From assembly GCA_047602405.1 (NCBI GenBank), contig JASGHJ010000001.1, forward strand, positions 1,408,001 through 1,472,000: a stretch of DNA of 64,000 nucleotides, written 5' to 3'. Under the pieces are notes generated by a model that was given only the letters and a program-made list of their open reading frames with translations, searched no databases and was not told the origin of the DNA. Made by a program: the position numbers and the translations under genes. Within the stretch, counting starts at the first letter, position 1; every line of letters begins with the position of its first letter. Source of the DNA: Anaeromyxobacteraceae bacterium (GTDB lineage Bacteria; Myxococcota; Myxococcia; Myxococcales; Anaeromyxobacteraceae). Positions 36,678 through 46,783 of the stretch are shown here, piece by piece.

Positions 36678-36730
36678 CGATTACGCCGAGACCCTCGACA
36701 TGTCAATGCTCACTTTAACTAATGAAATTG
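36678..36730 (-). promoter_or_regulatory. Candidate sigma70-type promoter with AT-rich upstream element
   Basis: Minus strand TTGACA-17 nt-TAATCG, preceded by an unusually AT-rich tract (TTCATTAGTTAAAG). Confidence 0.5.
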
Positions 36731-36829
36731 GCTCCCATGAAGAAGGCCGGGCGAGAGGTGCAACCTCCCGTCCGGCCTGGCGATACGGCCTCCCCGGCGG
36801 CTGACCGGCGTCCCGCCCGGAGCGGGAGC

Positions 36830-37942
36830 TCAGTCGTCGTGCCCGTCGTCGTCACCGCGCGGCGCCTTCACGAACTTGAGGCGCGCCACGAGCCCCGCGT
36901 GATCGGTCGGCCAGAGCCCGGTGCGGTGGTCGCGCGGCTCGTCGCCGACGATCTGGATCGTCTGCGGCCTCAGGCCGCGCGAGAAGACGTAGTCGATGCG
37001 CTGGTCGAGCCCCGGCGTGGTCTCGGCGAGGGCCTCGGGCCAGCAGCACGTGAACCCGGCCTTCTTCGGGTGGAGCGTCGCCCACGCGTCGGTGAAGCCG
37101 GCGGCCGCGACGCTCGCCGCGGCCTCGGTGCCGGGCAGCGAGTTGAGGTCGCCGACCAGGATCACGTCGCCGGGCGTCGCCGCGAGGATCGCCGCGAGCT
37201 CCATGCCCTGGGCGACGCGCACCGGCGCGTAGAAGGACTCGGTGTGGGTGTCGAAGAAGGTGACCCAGCGCCCGTCGAGCTTCACCTCGACCGCGGTCCA
37301 GCCGCGCTTCACCGGCACGGTGGTGGTGAGCACCTGCACCGGCAGGAGCACGGAGTAGAGCGCGCCGCGCGCGTTCCGGTGCTCGACGCCCGCGCGCACC
37401 AGGATCACCTGGCGGTCGGTCATGCGCACCTCGTCGAACGCGGGCAGCGTCGGCGCCTCGAAGTCGAAGAGCTCGAGCGACTCCGCCACCTCGTAGCGCT
37501 CACCGCGCGCCTCGAGCGCCGCGAGGAGCTCGGCGACGTAGTCGTACTCGACCTGCGTCGCGGCGGTGGTCGGGTCGTAGGGGTGCTGCGAGCGCCAGAG
37601 GTAGGCCTCCTGCAGGCCCACCACGCTCGGCCGGGCGCGGGCGATCTCGTCCGCGAGGAGGCGTGCGCGCTGGTGGAAGTCGTTGCCGACGACGGTGGCC
37701 CAGACCTCGGTCGTCGCCGCGAGGAACGCGGCCTGGCTCTGCGCGGCGACGACGCCGCCGAGATCCGCGCCGAGGTAGAGGTTGCGGGACATCACGACCG
37801 CGGGGGCGTCGCGGTCGCGGCAGGGTTCGGCGGCGGCCGAGACCGCGGCGGCGCCGGAGGCGTCCGGCGGCCCGCCCACGTCACAGGCGGTGAAGAGGGG
37901 GACGAGCGACACGACGGCGAGTACGCGAAGGAAGGGGCCCAT
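36830..37942 (-). CDS. Endonuclease/exonuclease/phosphatase-family lipoprotein
   Basis: Lipobox FTAC, SRNLYLG, GLQE, GDLNS, RIDY, TDHAG. Confidence 0.9.
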   Translation of the reverse strand: MGPFLRVLAVVSLVPLFTACDVGGPPDASGAAAVSAAAEPCRDRDAPAVVMSRNLYLGADLGGVVAAQSQAAFLAATTEVWATVVGNDFHQRARLLADEIARARPSVVGLQEAYLWRSQHPYDPTTAATQVEYDYVAELLAALEARGERYEVAESLELFDFEAPTLPAFDEVRMTDRQVILVRAGVEHRNARGALYSVLLPVQVLTTTVPVKRGWTAVEVKLDGRWVTFFDTHTESFYAPVRVAQGMELAAILAATPGDVILVGDLNSLPGTEAAASVAAAGFTDAWATLHPKKAGFTCCWPEALAETTPGLDQRIDYVFSRGLRPQTIQIVGDEPRDHRTGLWPTDHAGLVARLKFVKAPRGDDDGHDD

Positions 37943-38174
37943 GGTCACCTCGAGGGCAGGAGAGGGCCAGAGCCTAGGCCGTGGTGACGGGCCCGAAGGA
38001 GGCCACGTGGGCCTCCCCCTCGGCGGGAGGGGTTCCACACCCTGACCCCTCCGGGTTTCGCGCAACGTCACGGCGCGGTGCATAACACCTCTCTCCCGAT
38101 GATCCGCGCGCCCGCGCGCGGTCCAACGCGTGGCCCCCGTGTCCCTGCCGGGCGGGCGCCCAAGGATGATCACC

Positions 38175-39368
38175 ATGCCGAAGACCGCGCTCGGCGCCTC
38201 CGCCGCCGCACTCCGCTCCCTCGCCTCCCCGGCGCTCTCCCGCCTGGCCTCGCCGGCCGTGGCGACGGCCCTCGCCGCCCTCGCGCTCGCCTGCGGCAAG
38301 GGCCCCGAGGCGAAGCCGCCCGCACAGGCCGCCCCGGTCTCGCTCGCGCGGGAGAACGTCGCGGTGGTCGCCGAGCAGACGCTCCAGGCCGGCCCGGAGA
38401 TCTCCGGCACCCTCCGCGCGCGCCGCGCGGCGGCCATCCGCGCCGAGGTGTCGGGCGCCGTGCTCGAGGTGATCGCCCAGGCGGGCGACCGCGTGAAGGA
38501 GGGGCAGGTCCTCGCGCGCCTCGACGACGCCGCGCTCGCCGACGCCCTGCTCGCCGCCCGCTCCGGCGTCTCGGCGGCGAGGAACCAGGTGACCGTCGCC
38601 GAGGCGAACGCCCGCCGGGCCCGCACGCTCGCCGAGGCGGGGGCGACCTCGCCGCAGCAGGCCGAGCAGGCGGAGGCGGCGCTCGCGGGCGCGAAGGCCG
38701 CGCTCGCCGACGCCGAGGCGCGCCACGCGAACGCCGCGCTCATGGCGGGGAAGACCCGGGTGAGGGCGCCGTTCGCCGGCGTCGTCTCCGAGCGCGCGGT
38801 CTCCGCCGGCGACGTCGTCGCGCCGGGGTCGCCGCTCTTCACGGTGATCGATCCCTCGCGCCTCGAGCTCGAGGCCGCGGTGCCGGCGGCGCTCGCCGGC
38901 GAGGTCGCGCCCGGCGCCGCCGTGCAGTTCCGGGTCACCGGCTTCCCCGAGGCGTTCCAGGGGAAGGTCGACCGGCTCAACCCGTCGGTCGATCCGGCCA
39001 CCGGCCAGGTGCGGCTCTACGTCACGGTGCCGAACGAGAACGGCCGGCTCCTCGCCGGCCTGTACGCCGAGGGGCGCGTCGCGACGCACGAGCGCACCGC
39101 GCCGGCGGCGCCCGAGGCGGTGGTCGACGCGTCCTCGAAGCCGCCCACGGTGCTCAGGGTGGCGGACGGCAAGGTGACGAAGGTGCCGGTCGAGGTGGTG
39201 GTCCGCGACGACGTGAAGGGCGCGGTCGGGTTCGCCTCGGGCGTGAAGGCCGGCGACGTGCTCGTGCTCGGCTCGGCGCGCGGCGGGCTGGCCGACGGCG
39301 CGGCGGTGAAGCTCGGCGAGGGCGCCGCGGCCGGGCAGGGCACCGGCAGCGCGGCGAAGGCGAACTAG
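38175..39368 (+). CDS. RND efflux membrane fusion protein
   Basis: LAC lipobox, GDRVKEGQVLARLD, VRAPFAGVV; start uncertain (38166 or 38175). Confidence 0.92.
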   Translation: MPKTALGASAAALRSLASPALSRLASPAVATALAALALACGKGPEAKPPAQAAPVSLARENVAVVAEQTLQAGPEISGTLRARRAAAIRAEVSGAVLEVIAQAGDRVKEGQVLARLDDAALADALLAARSGVSAARNQVTVAEANARRARTLAEAGATSPQQAEQAEAALAGAKAALADAEARHANAALMAGKTRVRAPFAGVVSERAVSAGDVVAPGSPLFTVIDPSRLELEAAVPAALAGEVAPGAAVQFRVTGFPEAFQGKVDRLNPSVDPATGQVRLYVTVPNENGRLLAGLYAEGRVATHERTAPAAPEAVVDASSKPPTVLRVADGKVTKVPVEVVVRDDVKGAVGFASGVKAGDVLVLGSARGGLADGAAVKLGEGAAAGQGTGSAAKAN

Positions 39369-39387
39369 GGCTCGAGGAGACCGCCGC

Positions 39388-42300
39388 GTGTACATCTCCG
39401 ACGTCGCGATCAAGAAGCCCATCTTCACCATCACGGTGATGCTCGCGCTCGTGGGCTTCGGCCTCGTCGCGCTCGCCTCCCTCAAGACCGACGAGTTCCC
39501 GGACGTGCAGCCGCCGATCGTGGCGGTCACCATCGTCTACCCGGGCGCCTCGCCGGAGACCGTCGAGCGCGAGATCGTCGACCCGGTCGAGGACGCGCTC
39601 TTCTCGATCTCCGGCATCGACGGCAAGCAGACCACCGCCTCGGCGACCGACGGCCTCGCGCAGTTCCTCGTGTTCTTCGACTTCGAGAAGAACATGCAGG
39701 AGGCGACCCAGGACATCCGCGACGCCATCAGCTCGAAGCGGGCCGACCTGCCCACCGAGATGGAGGAGCCGATCCTCACCCGCTTCGACCCGAGCCAGGA
39801 GCCGATCCTCACCTTCACCGTCACGAGCGACTCGGTGCCCGTGCCGGCGCTCACCCGGCTCGCCGACGAGGTGGTGAAGCGCGAGCTCCGCGCGGTGCAG
39901 GGCGTCGCCGACGTCCGCATGGCGGGCGGGCAGAAGCGCGAGCTCACCGTCGAGCTCCGCCCCGACGCGCTCGCCGGCGCGGGCGTGTCGGCGGCCGAGG
40001 TGGTGGGCGCGCTGCAGAGCCAGAACCTCGCCGCGCCGGTCGGCCGCGTGAACACGAGCCTCGCGGAGCGGTCGATCCGCCTCTCCGGCCGGCTCACGAC
40101 CCCCGACGAGTTCGGCCAGATCCCGGTCGCCACCCGGAACGGCCAGGTGGTCCGGCTCGCGCAGGTCGCCACCGTGAAGGACGCCTGGGAGGAGCCGCGC
40201 ACGCTCGCGCTCTTCGACGGCCGCGAGGCGGTCGGCCTCGAGATCCTGAAGACGAAGGGCTACTCGACCACCTCGGTCGCCGACCAGCTGAAGGCGAAGG
40301 CCGCCGCGCTCGGGCCGCGGCTGCCGCCGGGCGTGAAGCTCGCGGTGGTGCAGGACGCGTCCGAGCGCGTGCGCAACTCGGTGGGCGGCGTGCAGCAGTC
40401 CCTCGTCGAGGGCGCGCTCCTCACCGTGCTCGTGGTCTTCTTCTTCCTCAACTCCTGGCGCTCGACCATCATCACCGGCCTCGCGCTGCCGGTCTCGGTG
40501 CTCGGCGGCTTCGTCGCGATCTGGGTGTTCGGGTTCACGCTCAACTCGATGTCGCTCCTCGGGCTCTCGCTCGCGATCGGCATCCTCATCGACGACGCGA
40601 TCGTGGTCCGGGAGAACATCGTCCGGCACATCGAGCTCGGGCAGGACCACACCACCGCGTCCTTCAAGGGCACCGACGAGATCGGCCTCGCGGTCGCGGC
40701 CACCACCTTCTCGATCGTGGCGGTCTTCGTCCCGGTCGCGTTCATGTACGGGATGGCCGGCCAGTGGTTCAAGCCGTTCGCCCTCACCATCGCGGCCGCC
40801 GTGCTCGTCTCCCTCTTCGTCTCCTTCTCGCTCGACCCGATGCTGTCGGCGTACTGGCCCGACCCGCAGGTCGAGAAGGGCGAGCGGCGCGGGCCGGTCG
40901 GCCGCGCGCTCGGCGCCTTCAACCGCTGGTTCGACCGGCAGGCCGACCGCTACAAGGGCGTCGTCGCGTGGGCGCTCGACCACCGGCTCGCGATGTTCGC
41001 GTTCGCGACGGTGGCGTTCTTCGGCTCGCTCTTCCTGCAGGGCGCGTTCGGCGGCTCCGGCTTCGCGCCGATCTCCGACCGGCGCGAGATGAACCTCATC
41101 GTGCAGACCCCGCCCGGCTCGTCGCTCGAGTACACGCGCGGCAAGGTCGAGGAGGCGGTCGCGCTGCTGCGCCAGCGCCCGGAGGTCGAGTACACCTACG
41201 CCTCCATCGGCACGCCCATCCCGCTGCAGGCGCCGGGCGTCGACGCCGCCACGGTCTACATCCGCCTCGTCCCCAAGCACGCGCGCGAGCTCTCGCAGGA
41301 CGCGCTCGGCCCGGTGATGCGCGACGCGCTCCGGCCCATCGCGGGCGCCGAGATCTCGGTCTTCAACTCCGGCTGGGGCGGCACCTTCAAGCCGGTGCAG
41401 CTGCAGCTGCGCGGCCCGGACCAGGCGGTGCTGAACGCGAACGCGGCGCGGATCCGCGACGTCGTGCGCGGCGTGCCGGGCGCGGTGGACGTCGGGCTCT
41501 CGACGCGCAGCCAGAAGCCGGAGCTCGAGGTGGTGGTCGACCGCGGCCTCGCCGGGAGCCTCGGCGTCTCGGTCGGGCAGATCGCGCAGTCGCTCCGGAT
41601 CGCCTTCGCCGGCCTCGACTCCGGCGACTGGGTGGACCCCACCGGCGAGACCCGCGACGTCATGGTCCGGCTCGCCCCGGAGGCGCGCCAGCGCGCGGGG
41701 GATCTGAGGACCCTGCCGCTGCTCGTCGGACAGGGGGGCGGACCGCAGGCCCACCCGAACGTCGTCCCGCTCGGCCAGCTCGCGGCGGTGCGCGAGGGCG
41801 TCGGCCCCGCGCAGATCTCCCACCTCGACCGCGAGCGCGTCGTCCAGATCGAGGCGAACGTGCAGGGGCTCTCGCTCGGCGAGGTGCAGGCCGAGATCGA
41901 CCGGCGCCTGAAGGACCAGTCCCTGCCGGCCGGCTACACCCTGCGCGCCGGCGGCGAGAGCGCCGACCAGGCCGAGGTGTTCGGGCGCATCCTGCTCGCG
42001 CTCGGCACCGCGGTGATGCTGATGTACCTGGTGCTCGTCCTCCAGTTCCAGTCGTTCCTCGACCCGTTCACGATCCTGCTCTCGCTCCCGCTCTCGCTCA
42101 TCGGGGTCGTGCTCGCGCTCCTCGTCACCGGCGACACGCTCAACATCATGAGCATGATCGGGATCATCCTCCTCTTCGGCATCGTGGCGAAGAACGCGAT
42201 CCTGCTCATCGACTTCGCGAAGTGGGCGCGGGAGGATCGCGGCCTGTCGATCCGCGACGCGCTCATCGAGGCCGGCCGGATCCGCCTGAGGCCCATCGTT

Positions 42301-42564
42301 ATGACCTCCGTCGCGATCGTCGCCGGCATGCTCCCGGTCGCGATCGGGGCGGGCGAGGGGCAGGACTTCAACGCGCCGCTCGGCCGGGCCGTCATCGGGG
42401 GTGTGATCACCTCCACGCTCCTGACCCTCCTCGTCATCCCGACGGTCTACGAGACGATGGACGGCTGGCGCGCCTGGTTCCGGTCGAAGCTCGGCCGCGG
42501 AGCCGCCGTCGCACACGGGGGCGGCGCCACGCCTGCGCACGCCGCGCACATGCGCCAGGAGTGA
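39388..42564 (+). CDS. RND efflux permease (AcrB-like)
   Basis: GILIDDAIVVREN, GIVAKNAILLIDF, RLRPIVMTS. Confidence 0.96.
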   Translation: MYISDVAIKKPIFTITVMLALVGFGLVALASLKTDEFPDVQPPIVAVTIVYPGASPETVEREIVDPVEDALFSISGIDGKQTTASATDGLAQFLVFFDFEKNMQEATQDIRDAISSKRADLPTEMEEPILTRFDPSQEPILTFTVTSDSVPVPALTRLADEVVKRELRAVQGVADVRMAGGQKRELTVELRPDALAGAGVSAAEVVGALQSQNLAAPVGRVNTSLAERSIRLSGRLTTPDEFGQIPVATRNGQVVRLAQVATVKDAWEEPRTLALFDGREAVGLEILKTKGYSTTSVADQLKAKAAALGPRLPPGVKLAVVQDASERVRNSVGGVQQSLVEGALLTVLVVFFFLNSWRSTIITGLALPVSVLGGFVAIWVFGFTLNSMSLLGLSLAIGILIDDAIVVRENIVRHIELGQDHTTASFKGTDEIGLAVAATTFSIVAVFVPVAFMYGMAGQWFKPFALTIAAAVLVSLFVSFSLDPMLSAYWPDPQVEKGERRGPVGRALGAFNRWFDRQADRYKGVVAWALDHRLAMFAFATVAFFGSLFLQGAFGGSGFAPISDRREMNLIVQTPPGSSLEYTRGKVEEAVALLRQRPEVEYTYASIGTPIPLQAPGVDAATVYIRLVPKHARELSQDALGPVMRDALRPIAGAEISVFNSGWGGTFKPVQLQLRGPDQAVLNANAARIRDVVRGVPGAVDVGLSTRSQKPELEVVVDRGLAGSLGVSVGQIAQSLRIAFAGLDSGDWVDPTGETRDVMVRLAPEARQRAGDLRTLPLLVGQGGGPQAHPNVVPLGQLAAVREGVGPAQISHLDRERVVQIEANVQGLSLGEVQAEIDRRLKDQSLPAGYTLRAGGESADQAEVFGRILLALGTAVMLMYLVLVLQFQSFLDPFTILLSLPLSLIGVVLALLVTGDTLNIMSMIGIILLFGIVAKNAILLIDFAKWAREDRGLSIRDALIEAGRIRLRPIVMTSVAIVAGMLPVAIGAGEGQDFNAPLGRAVIGGVITSTLLTLLVIPTVYETMDGWRAWFRSKLGRGAAVAHGGGATPAHAAHMRQE

Positions 42565-42774
42565 GCGCGGCTTCACCGAAGGTCGAGGCGCGATCCCGGG
42601 CCGGGGCGCACGCTCCGCGCGAGGCGCGCGCCGCTGACCCCTCGGTATGGGGACACCCCCGCGCCCCCGGTGCGGGGCCGCTCGGTTTCCGCGCACTTGG
42701 CGCGGTGCCGGACACGGCCCCGGCCTTGCAGCTTCCGCCCATGTCCGCGGTGTCGCGCGGACGGAACGGAAGCC

Positions 42775-43017
42775 ATGTCCTCGTGCCCCCAGAAGACGGT
42801 CTGCGCGCTGACCAACCACCTCACCATGAAGGCCGCGCTCTCCGTCTGGCAGTCGTTCTACTGCGAGGGCTCCCACGCGCGCTGCGAGCGGTTCAAGCTG
42901 GCCAACGCAGGGATGACGCCGCCCCCGCGCCTCCTCCCGAACGGCCGCCTCCAGGACCCCACCGAGCAGCCCATCGGAGAGCAGGCCCCGGCCGCCGGCG
43001 CGACCCGGGCCGCCTAG
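42775..43017 (+). CDS. Small four-Cys hypothetical protein (80 aa)
   Basis: C-P-x4-C ... YC-x6-C, LLPNG; good codon bias. Confidence 0.65.
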   Translation: MSSCPQKTVCALTNHLTMKAALSVWQSFYCEGSHARCERFKLANAGMTPPPRLLPNGRLQDPTEQPIGEQAPAAGATRAA

Positions 43018-43112
43018 GCCCCGGCGCCAGGCCCGGTGCCGGACGCGGAGGCCCCCGGCCGACCCCCGGCGTTTCCCTTGTCACCAACGCACTGACGGTG
43101 TAGTCGGACCGG

Positions 43113-45908
43113 ATGCGCCGACCCACCTCGACCCTCGCCGCTGCCCTCCTCGCCGCTGCACTGCTCGCCGGCTGCGCCCCGGTCTCGCAGTACAAGCCCA
43201 AAGGCGAGCTCGTCCCGTACCAGGGCTTCCACGCGCGGCTCCCGAGCGGGCTGCAGGTCATCGTCTACGAGGTCCCGCAGGTCGACCGCTTCGGCCTGAC
43301 CGTCTCCTACGGCTCCGGCTCCGCGGAGGACCCCGCCGGCAAGGAGGGGCTCGCGCACCTCGTCGAGCACCTCCTCTTCCGCACCGCGCCGGCGGGCTCG
43401 AACGGCGCGCCGATCTGGGACCAGCTCACCGCGAACGGCTGGCGCTTCAACGCCACCACCGACTGGGACTCGACCGACTACTTCGAGGTGGGCAAGCCCT
43501 CCGAGCTGGGCGACGCGCTCCGCCTCGAGGCGAGCCGCATGCGCGAGCCGCTCGCCGGCATCGACGAGAAGACCTTCCTCACCGAGCGCGACGTCGTGCT
43601 CTCCGAGTACCGCGAGCGCTTCGAGACGAACCGGGTCGGCGCGCAGGTCGCGTGGCTCCTCGAGGGCGCCTTCCCGTCCCACCCCTACGGCCGCCCGGTG
43701 GGCGGCACGCCCGAGACGCTCCGCGCGATCACGCTCGGCGACACCGCCGCCTGGGTGAAGGAGCGCTACCAGCCCCGGAACGCGGTGCTCGTCGTCACCT
43801 CGCCGTACAGGTCACGGGAGGTGATGCGCCGGGTGCTCGAGGGCTTCGGCGAGCTCGCCGAGCCGCCCGGCCTCGAACAGGCGCCGCGCGTCCTGACGGC
43901 CGCGCAGCTCCCGCCCCGGCCGGGCGAGGTCGCGCCGATGGTGGTGAAGAAGGCCCCGGTCCGCCAGCCCACGGTGTGGGTCGGCTGGGCGGTCCCCGGG
44001 CTCGCGGCGCAGAAGGACCCGCAGGGCGAGGCGGCGGCGAACGCCATCGCGCGGGCGTTCTCCACGCTCGTCTACACCTCGTTCGGCAGCGCCGCGCTCA
44101 GCCGGGTGGAGGGCTTCGGCGTCTTCTACGCGCCGATCGGCGCGCAGGGCATGATCGTGCTCACCGCGAACCTCGCCGACGCCGGCGACGCGGAGCGCGT
44201 GGTCGAGCTCGCGCGCTCGGCCGCGGTGGAGCTCATCCTCGACGACCAGGGCGACCCGAACGACCCGCTCACCGAGCGGGCCCGCAAGCTCACCGTCATC
44301 GAGACCCGCGACCAGCTCCTCGTGGATGCGTACCTCGAGCTCGAGCACCTCGACGGCGCGGGCGTCGCCGCCTACCTGCGCGCCACCGGCGAGCCGGACT
44401 ACCTCGCCGGCCGGCGGCGGAACATCAGCGCGACGCTCAACTCCGACATCTCGAGCTACGCCGCCGAGAACCTGAAGCGCGAGCGCTCGGTCTCACTGCT
44501 CGTGCTGCCCGACGCGAACGGCCTCGCCGCCGGCCTCGTGGGCGCGGCGGGCGCCGGCGGCGCCTCGACGCTCGTCGGGCCGGACCGGAACGACCTCGAG
44601 GACGGCCGCTGGGCGCCGCCGGGCCCCGACCGCGTCCGGGAGGTGGCCCGCGCGCCGGGCCTCGCCACGACCGCGCGCCGGGTGCTGCCGAACGGGCTCG
44701 AGGTGCTGCTCGCGCGGCGCGGCTCCCTGCCGGTCGCCGAGGTCCACCTCCTCCTGCGCACCTCGGTGGCCGGCACGCCCGACCTGCCGGCGGGCAGCCC
44801 CGCGTTCGCGCTCGCCGCGAACGTCGCCCGCTTCGCCGCCGTCGGCGCGACGCGGGTCGGCGCCGCGAGCCAGGTCTCGATCGGCCGCGAGACCGTGCAG
44901 CGGGTGACCTGGGGCTCCTCCTCGAACCTCGAGGTGCTGCTCGAGAGCACCGCCCAGTGGGCGCGCGACCAGAAGGTCCGCTACCACGACGAGATCGAGG
45001 ACGCGTACCTCCGGGTCGTGAAGCGCTGGGAGCGCGAGCCCGAGACCGTCGCCTCGGCCGCGCTGATGCGGGGGCTCTTCCCCGGCCACCCGTACGCCGC
45101 CATGCCGAGCGCGGAGGCGCTCAAGCAGGGCGGGACGAAGCCGCTCGCGCGCTTCCTCGACGAGGAGTTCCGCCCCGAGCGCGCCGCGCTCGTGGTCGTG
45201 TCGAACCAGCCCGAGTCGCCCGAGCTGTGGGCCGCCATCGAGCGCCACTTCGGCGGCTGGTCGCGGGGGACCGCCGCGCGCGCGGAGCCTCCGCCGCCGG
45301 CCCCGCAGCGCCGCCGCCTCGTCCTCGTCGACCGCCGGGGCGCGAGCCAGGCCCTCATCGCGGTCGGGCTGCGCGCGCCGGCGTGGCCCTCCCGCGACCG
45401 CGCCGCCGCGGACGCCGCGGTCTGGCTCGTCGAGAACCGGCTCATGCAGCGCCTCCGCATCGCCGAGGGCGTCACCTACGGCGCCCACGTCGGCATCCTC
45501 GACCAGCGCGGCGCGAGCGCGCTCCTCGTCTCCACCGCGGTGACGCGCGAGGCGGCGGCCCGCAGCCTCGGCACCACGCTCGCCACGCTCGAGACCCTCG
45601 CGAAGGCGGAGGTCACCCCCGGCGAGGCGGGCCGCGCCCGCTGGCAGGTCGCCCGCGGGTACGCCACCGCCTTCGACACCGTGGCCGGCTCGGCGGCGGC
45701 GCTCGTCGAGGCGGCGGAGTTCGGGGCGGAGCCCGGGGCGGTGGACGCGCACGCCGAGGCCATCGCGACGCTCGACGCCGCGCGGATCCAGAAGGCCGTG
45801 GGGGCCCTCCCCATCGGGCAGGAGTCGATCGTGGTGCTGGGCGACGCCGAGACCCTGAAGCCGCAGCTCGAGGCGGCGGGGTTCAGCCCGGAGCTGATCA
45901 GGCCCTAG
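43113..45908 (+). CDS. M16 (insulinase) zinc peptidase lipoprotein
   Basis: LAGC lipobox, HLVEH (HxxEH), two HPY-containing M16 halves. Confidence 0.92.
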   Translation: MRRPTSTLAAALLAAALLAGCAPVSQYKPKGELVPYQGFHARLPSGLQVIVYEVPQVDRFGLTVSYGSGSAEDPAGKEGLAHLVEHLLFRTAPAGSNGAPIWDQLTANGWRFNATTDWDSTDYFEVGKPSELGDALRLEASRMREPLAGIDEKTFLTERDVVLSEYRERFETNRVGAQVAWLLEGAFPSHPYGRPVGGTPETLRAITLGDTAAWVKERYQPRNAVLVVTSPYRSREVMRRVLEGFGELAEPPGLEQAPRVLTAAQLPPRPGEVAPMVVKKAPVRQPTVWVGWAVPGLAAQKDPQGEAAANAIARAFSTLVYTSFGSAALSRVEGFGVFYAPIGAQGMIVLTANLADAGDAERVVELARSAAVELILDDQGDPNDPLTERARKLTVIETRDQLLVDAYLELEHLDGAGVAAYLRATGEPDYLAGRRRNISATLNSDISSYAAENLKRERSVSLLVLPDANGLAAGLVGAAGAGGASTLVGPDRNDLEDGRWAPPGPDRVREVARAPGLATTARRVLPNGLEVLLARRGSLPVAEVHLLLRTSVAGTPDLPAGSPAFALAANVARFAAVGATRVGAASQVSIGRETVQRVTWGSSSNLEVLLESTAQWARDQKVRYHDEIEDAYLRVVKRWEREPETVASAALMRGLFPGHPYAAMPSAEALKQGGTKPLARFLDEEFRPERAALVVVSNQPESPELWAAIERHFGGWSRGTAARAEPPPPAPQRRRLVLVDRRGASQALIAVGLRAPAWPSRDRAAADAAVWLVENRLMQRLRIAEGVTYGAHVGILDQRGASALLVSTAVTREAAARSLGTTLATLETLAKAEVTPGEAGRARWQVARGYATAFDTVAGSAAALVEAAEFGAEPGAVDAHAEAIATLDAARIQKAVGALPIGQESIVVLGDAETLKPQLEAAGFSPELIRP

Positions 45909-46753
45909 CGGGAAGGCCGCCGCAGCGTCAGCGCGATCCCGAGGAGGATCACCGCGCCCGCCGCGGCGATCCTGGGCGTGAGCCGCTCGCCCAGGAACGC
46001 GGTGGCGCCGAGGCCGGCGAGGATCGGCACCGAGAGCTGCACGGCGGCGGCGCGGGTCGCCCCGAGCGCCGGGACCGCCGCGTACCAGAGGCTGTAGCCA
46101 CCGCCGGAGGCGAGCGCGCCGGAGGCCGCGGCGAGGGCGAGGCCAGCCGGCGTCGCGTGGGCGTCCTTCCAGAGCGCCGCCGAGAAGAGGAGCGCCCCCG
46201 GCAGCGCGAGCGCGAAGTTGCCCGCGGTGGTCGCGAGCGGGTCCCTCGCGCCGCGGCCCCGGAGCGTGTACGCGCCCCACGCCGCGCCGGCCGCGAGCAT
46301 GAGCCCGGCGCCGGCGGGATCCGGCGCGGTCGCGCCGGGGAGGACGAGCCAGGCGAGGCCGCCGAGGGCGAGCGCGATGCCGAGCGCGGCGAGCCCGCCG
46401 GGGCGCGCGCCGCGCAGCGCGCCCCAGCCCACCATCGAGACCTGGACCGCGCCGAAGAGGAGGAGCGCGCCCACGCCGGCGCCGATGCGGACGTACGCGA
46501 GCGAGAACGCGACGGCGTAGGCCACGAGCGCGAGCGCCGAGGGCCAGCTTCCTCCCGACGGCCGCGCCCGGCGCGCGACCGCGACGAGCGCCGCGAGCGC
46601 GGCGGCGCCCGAGGCGAGGCGCACGAGCGTGAACGTCGCCGGGTCGACGAGCCCGGGCCGCAGCGCCGCGCGGCACAGGAGCGAGTTCGCCGCGAAGCAC
46701 GCGAGCGAGGCCGCGGTGAGGAGGACGAGCCGGGGGCGGGACAATCGCGGCAC
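45905..46753 (-). CDS. DMT/EamA-family transporter
   Basis: About 10 TM segments, FAANSLLCR, AAVQLSVP, FLGE. Confidence 0.9.
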   Translation of the reverse strand: MPRLSRPRLVLLTAASLACFAANSLLCRAALRPGLVDPATFTLVRLASGAAALAALVAVARRARPSGGSWPSALALVAYAVAFSLAYVRIGAGVGALLLFGAVQVSMVGWGALRGARPGGLAALGIALALGGLAWLVLPGATAPDPAGAGLMLAAGAAWGAYTLRGRGARDPLATTAGNFALALPGALLFSAALWKDAHATPAGLALAAASGALASGGGYSLWYAAVPALGATRAAAVQLSVPILAGLGATAFLGERLTPRIAAAGAVILLGIALTLRRPSR

Positions 46754-46783
46754 CCTAGCATCCCGGCTCGCCCCCCTCGTGGG

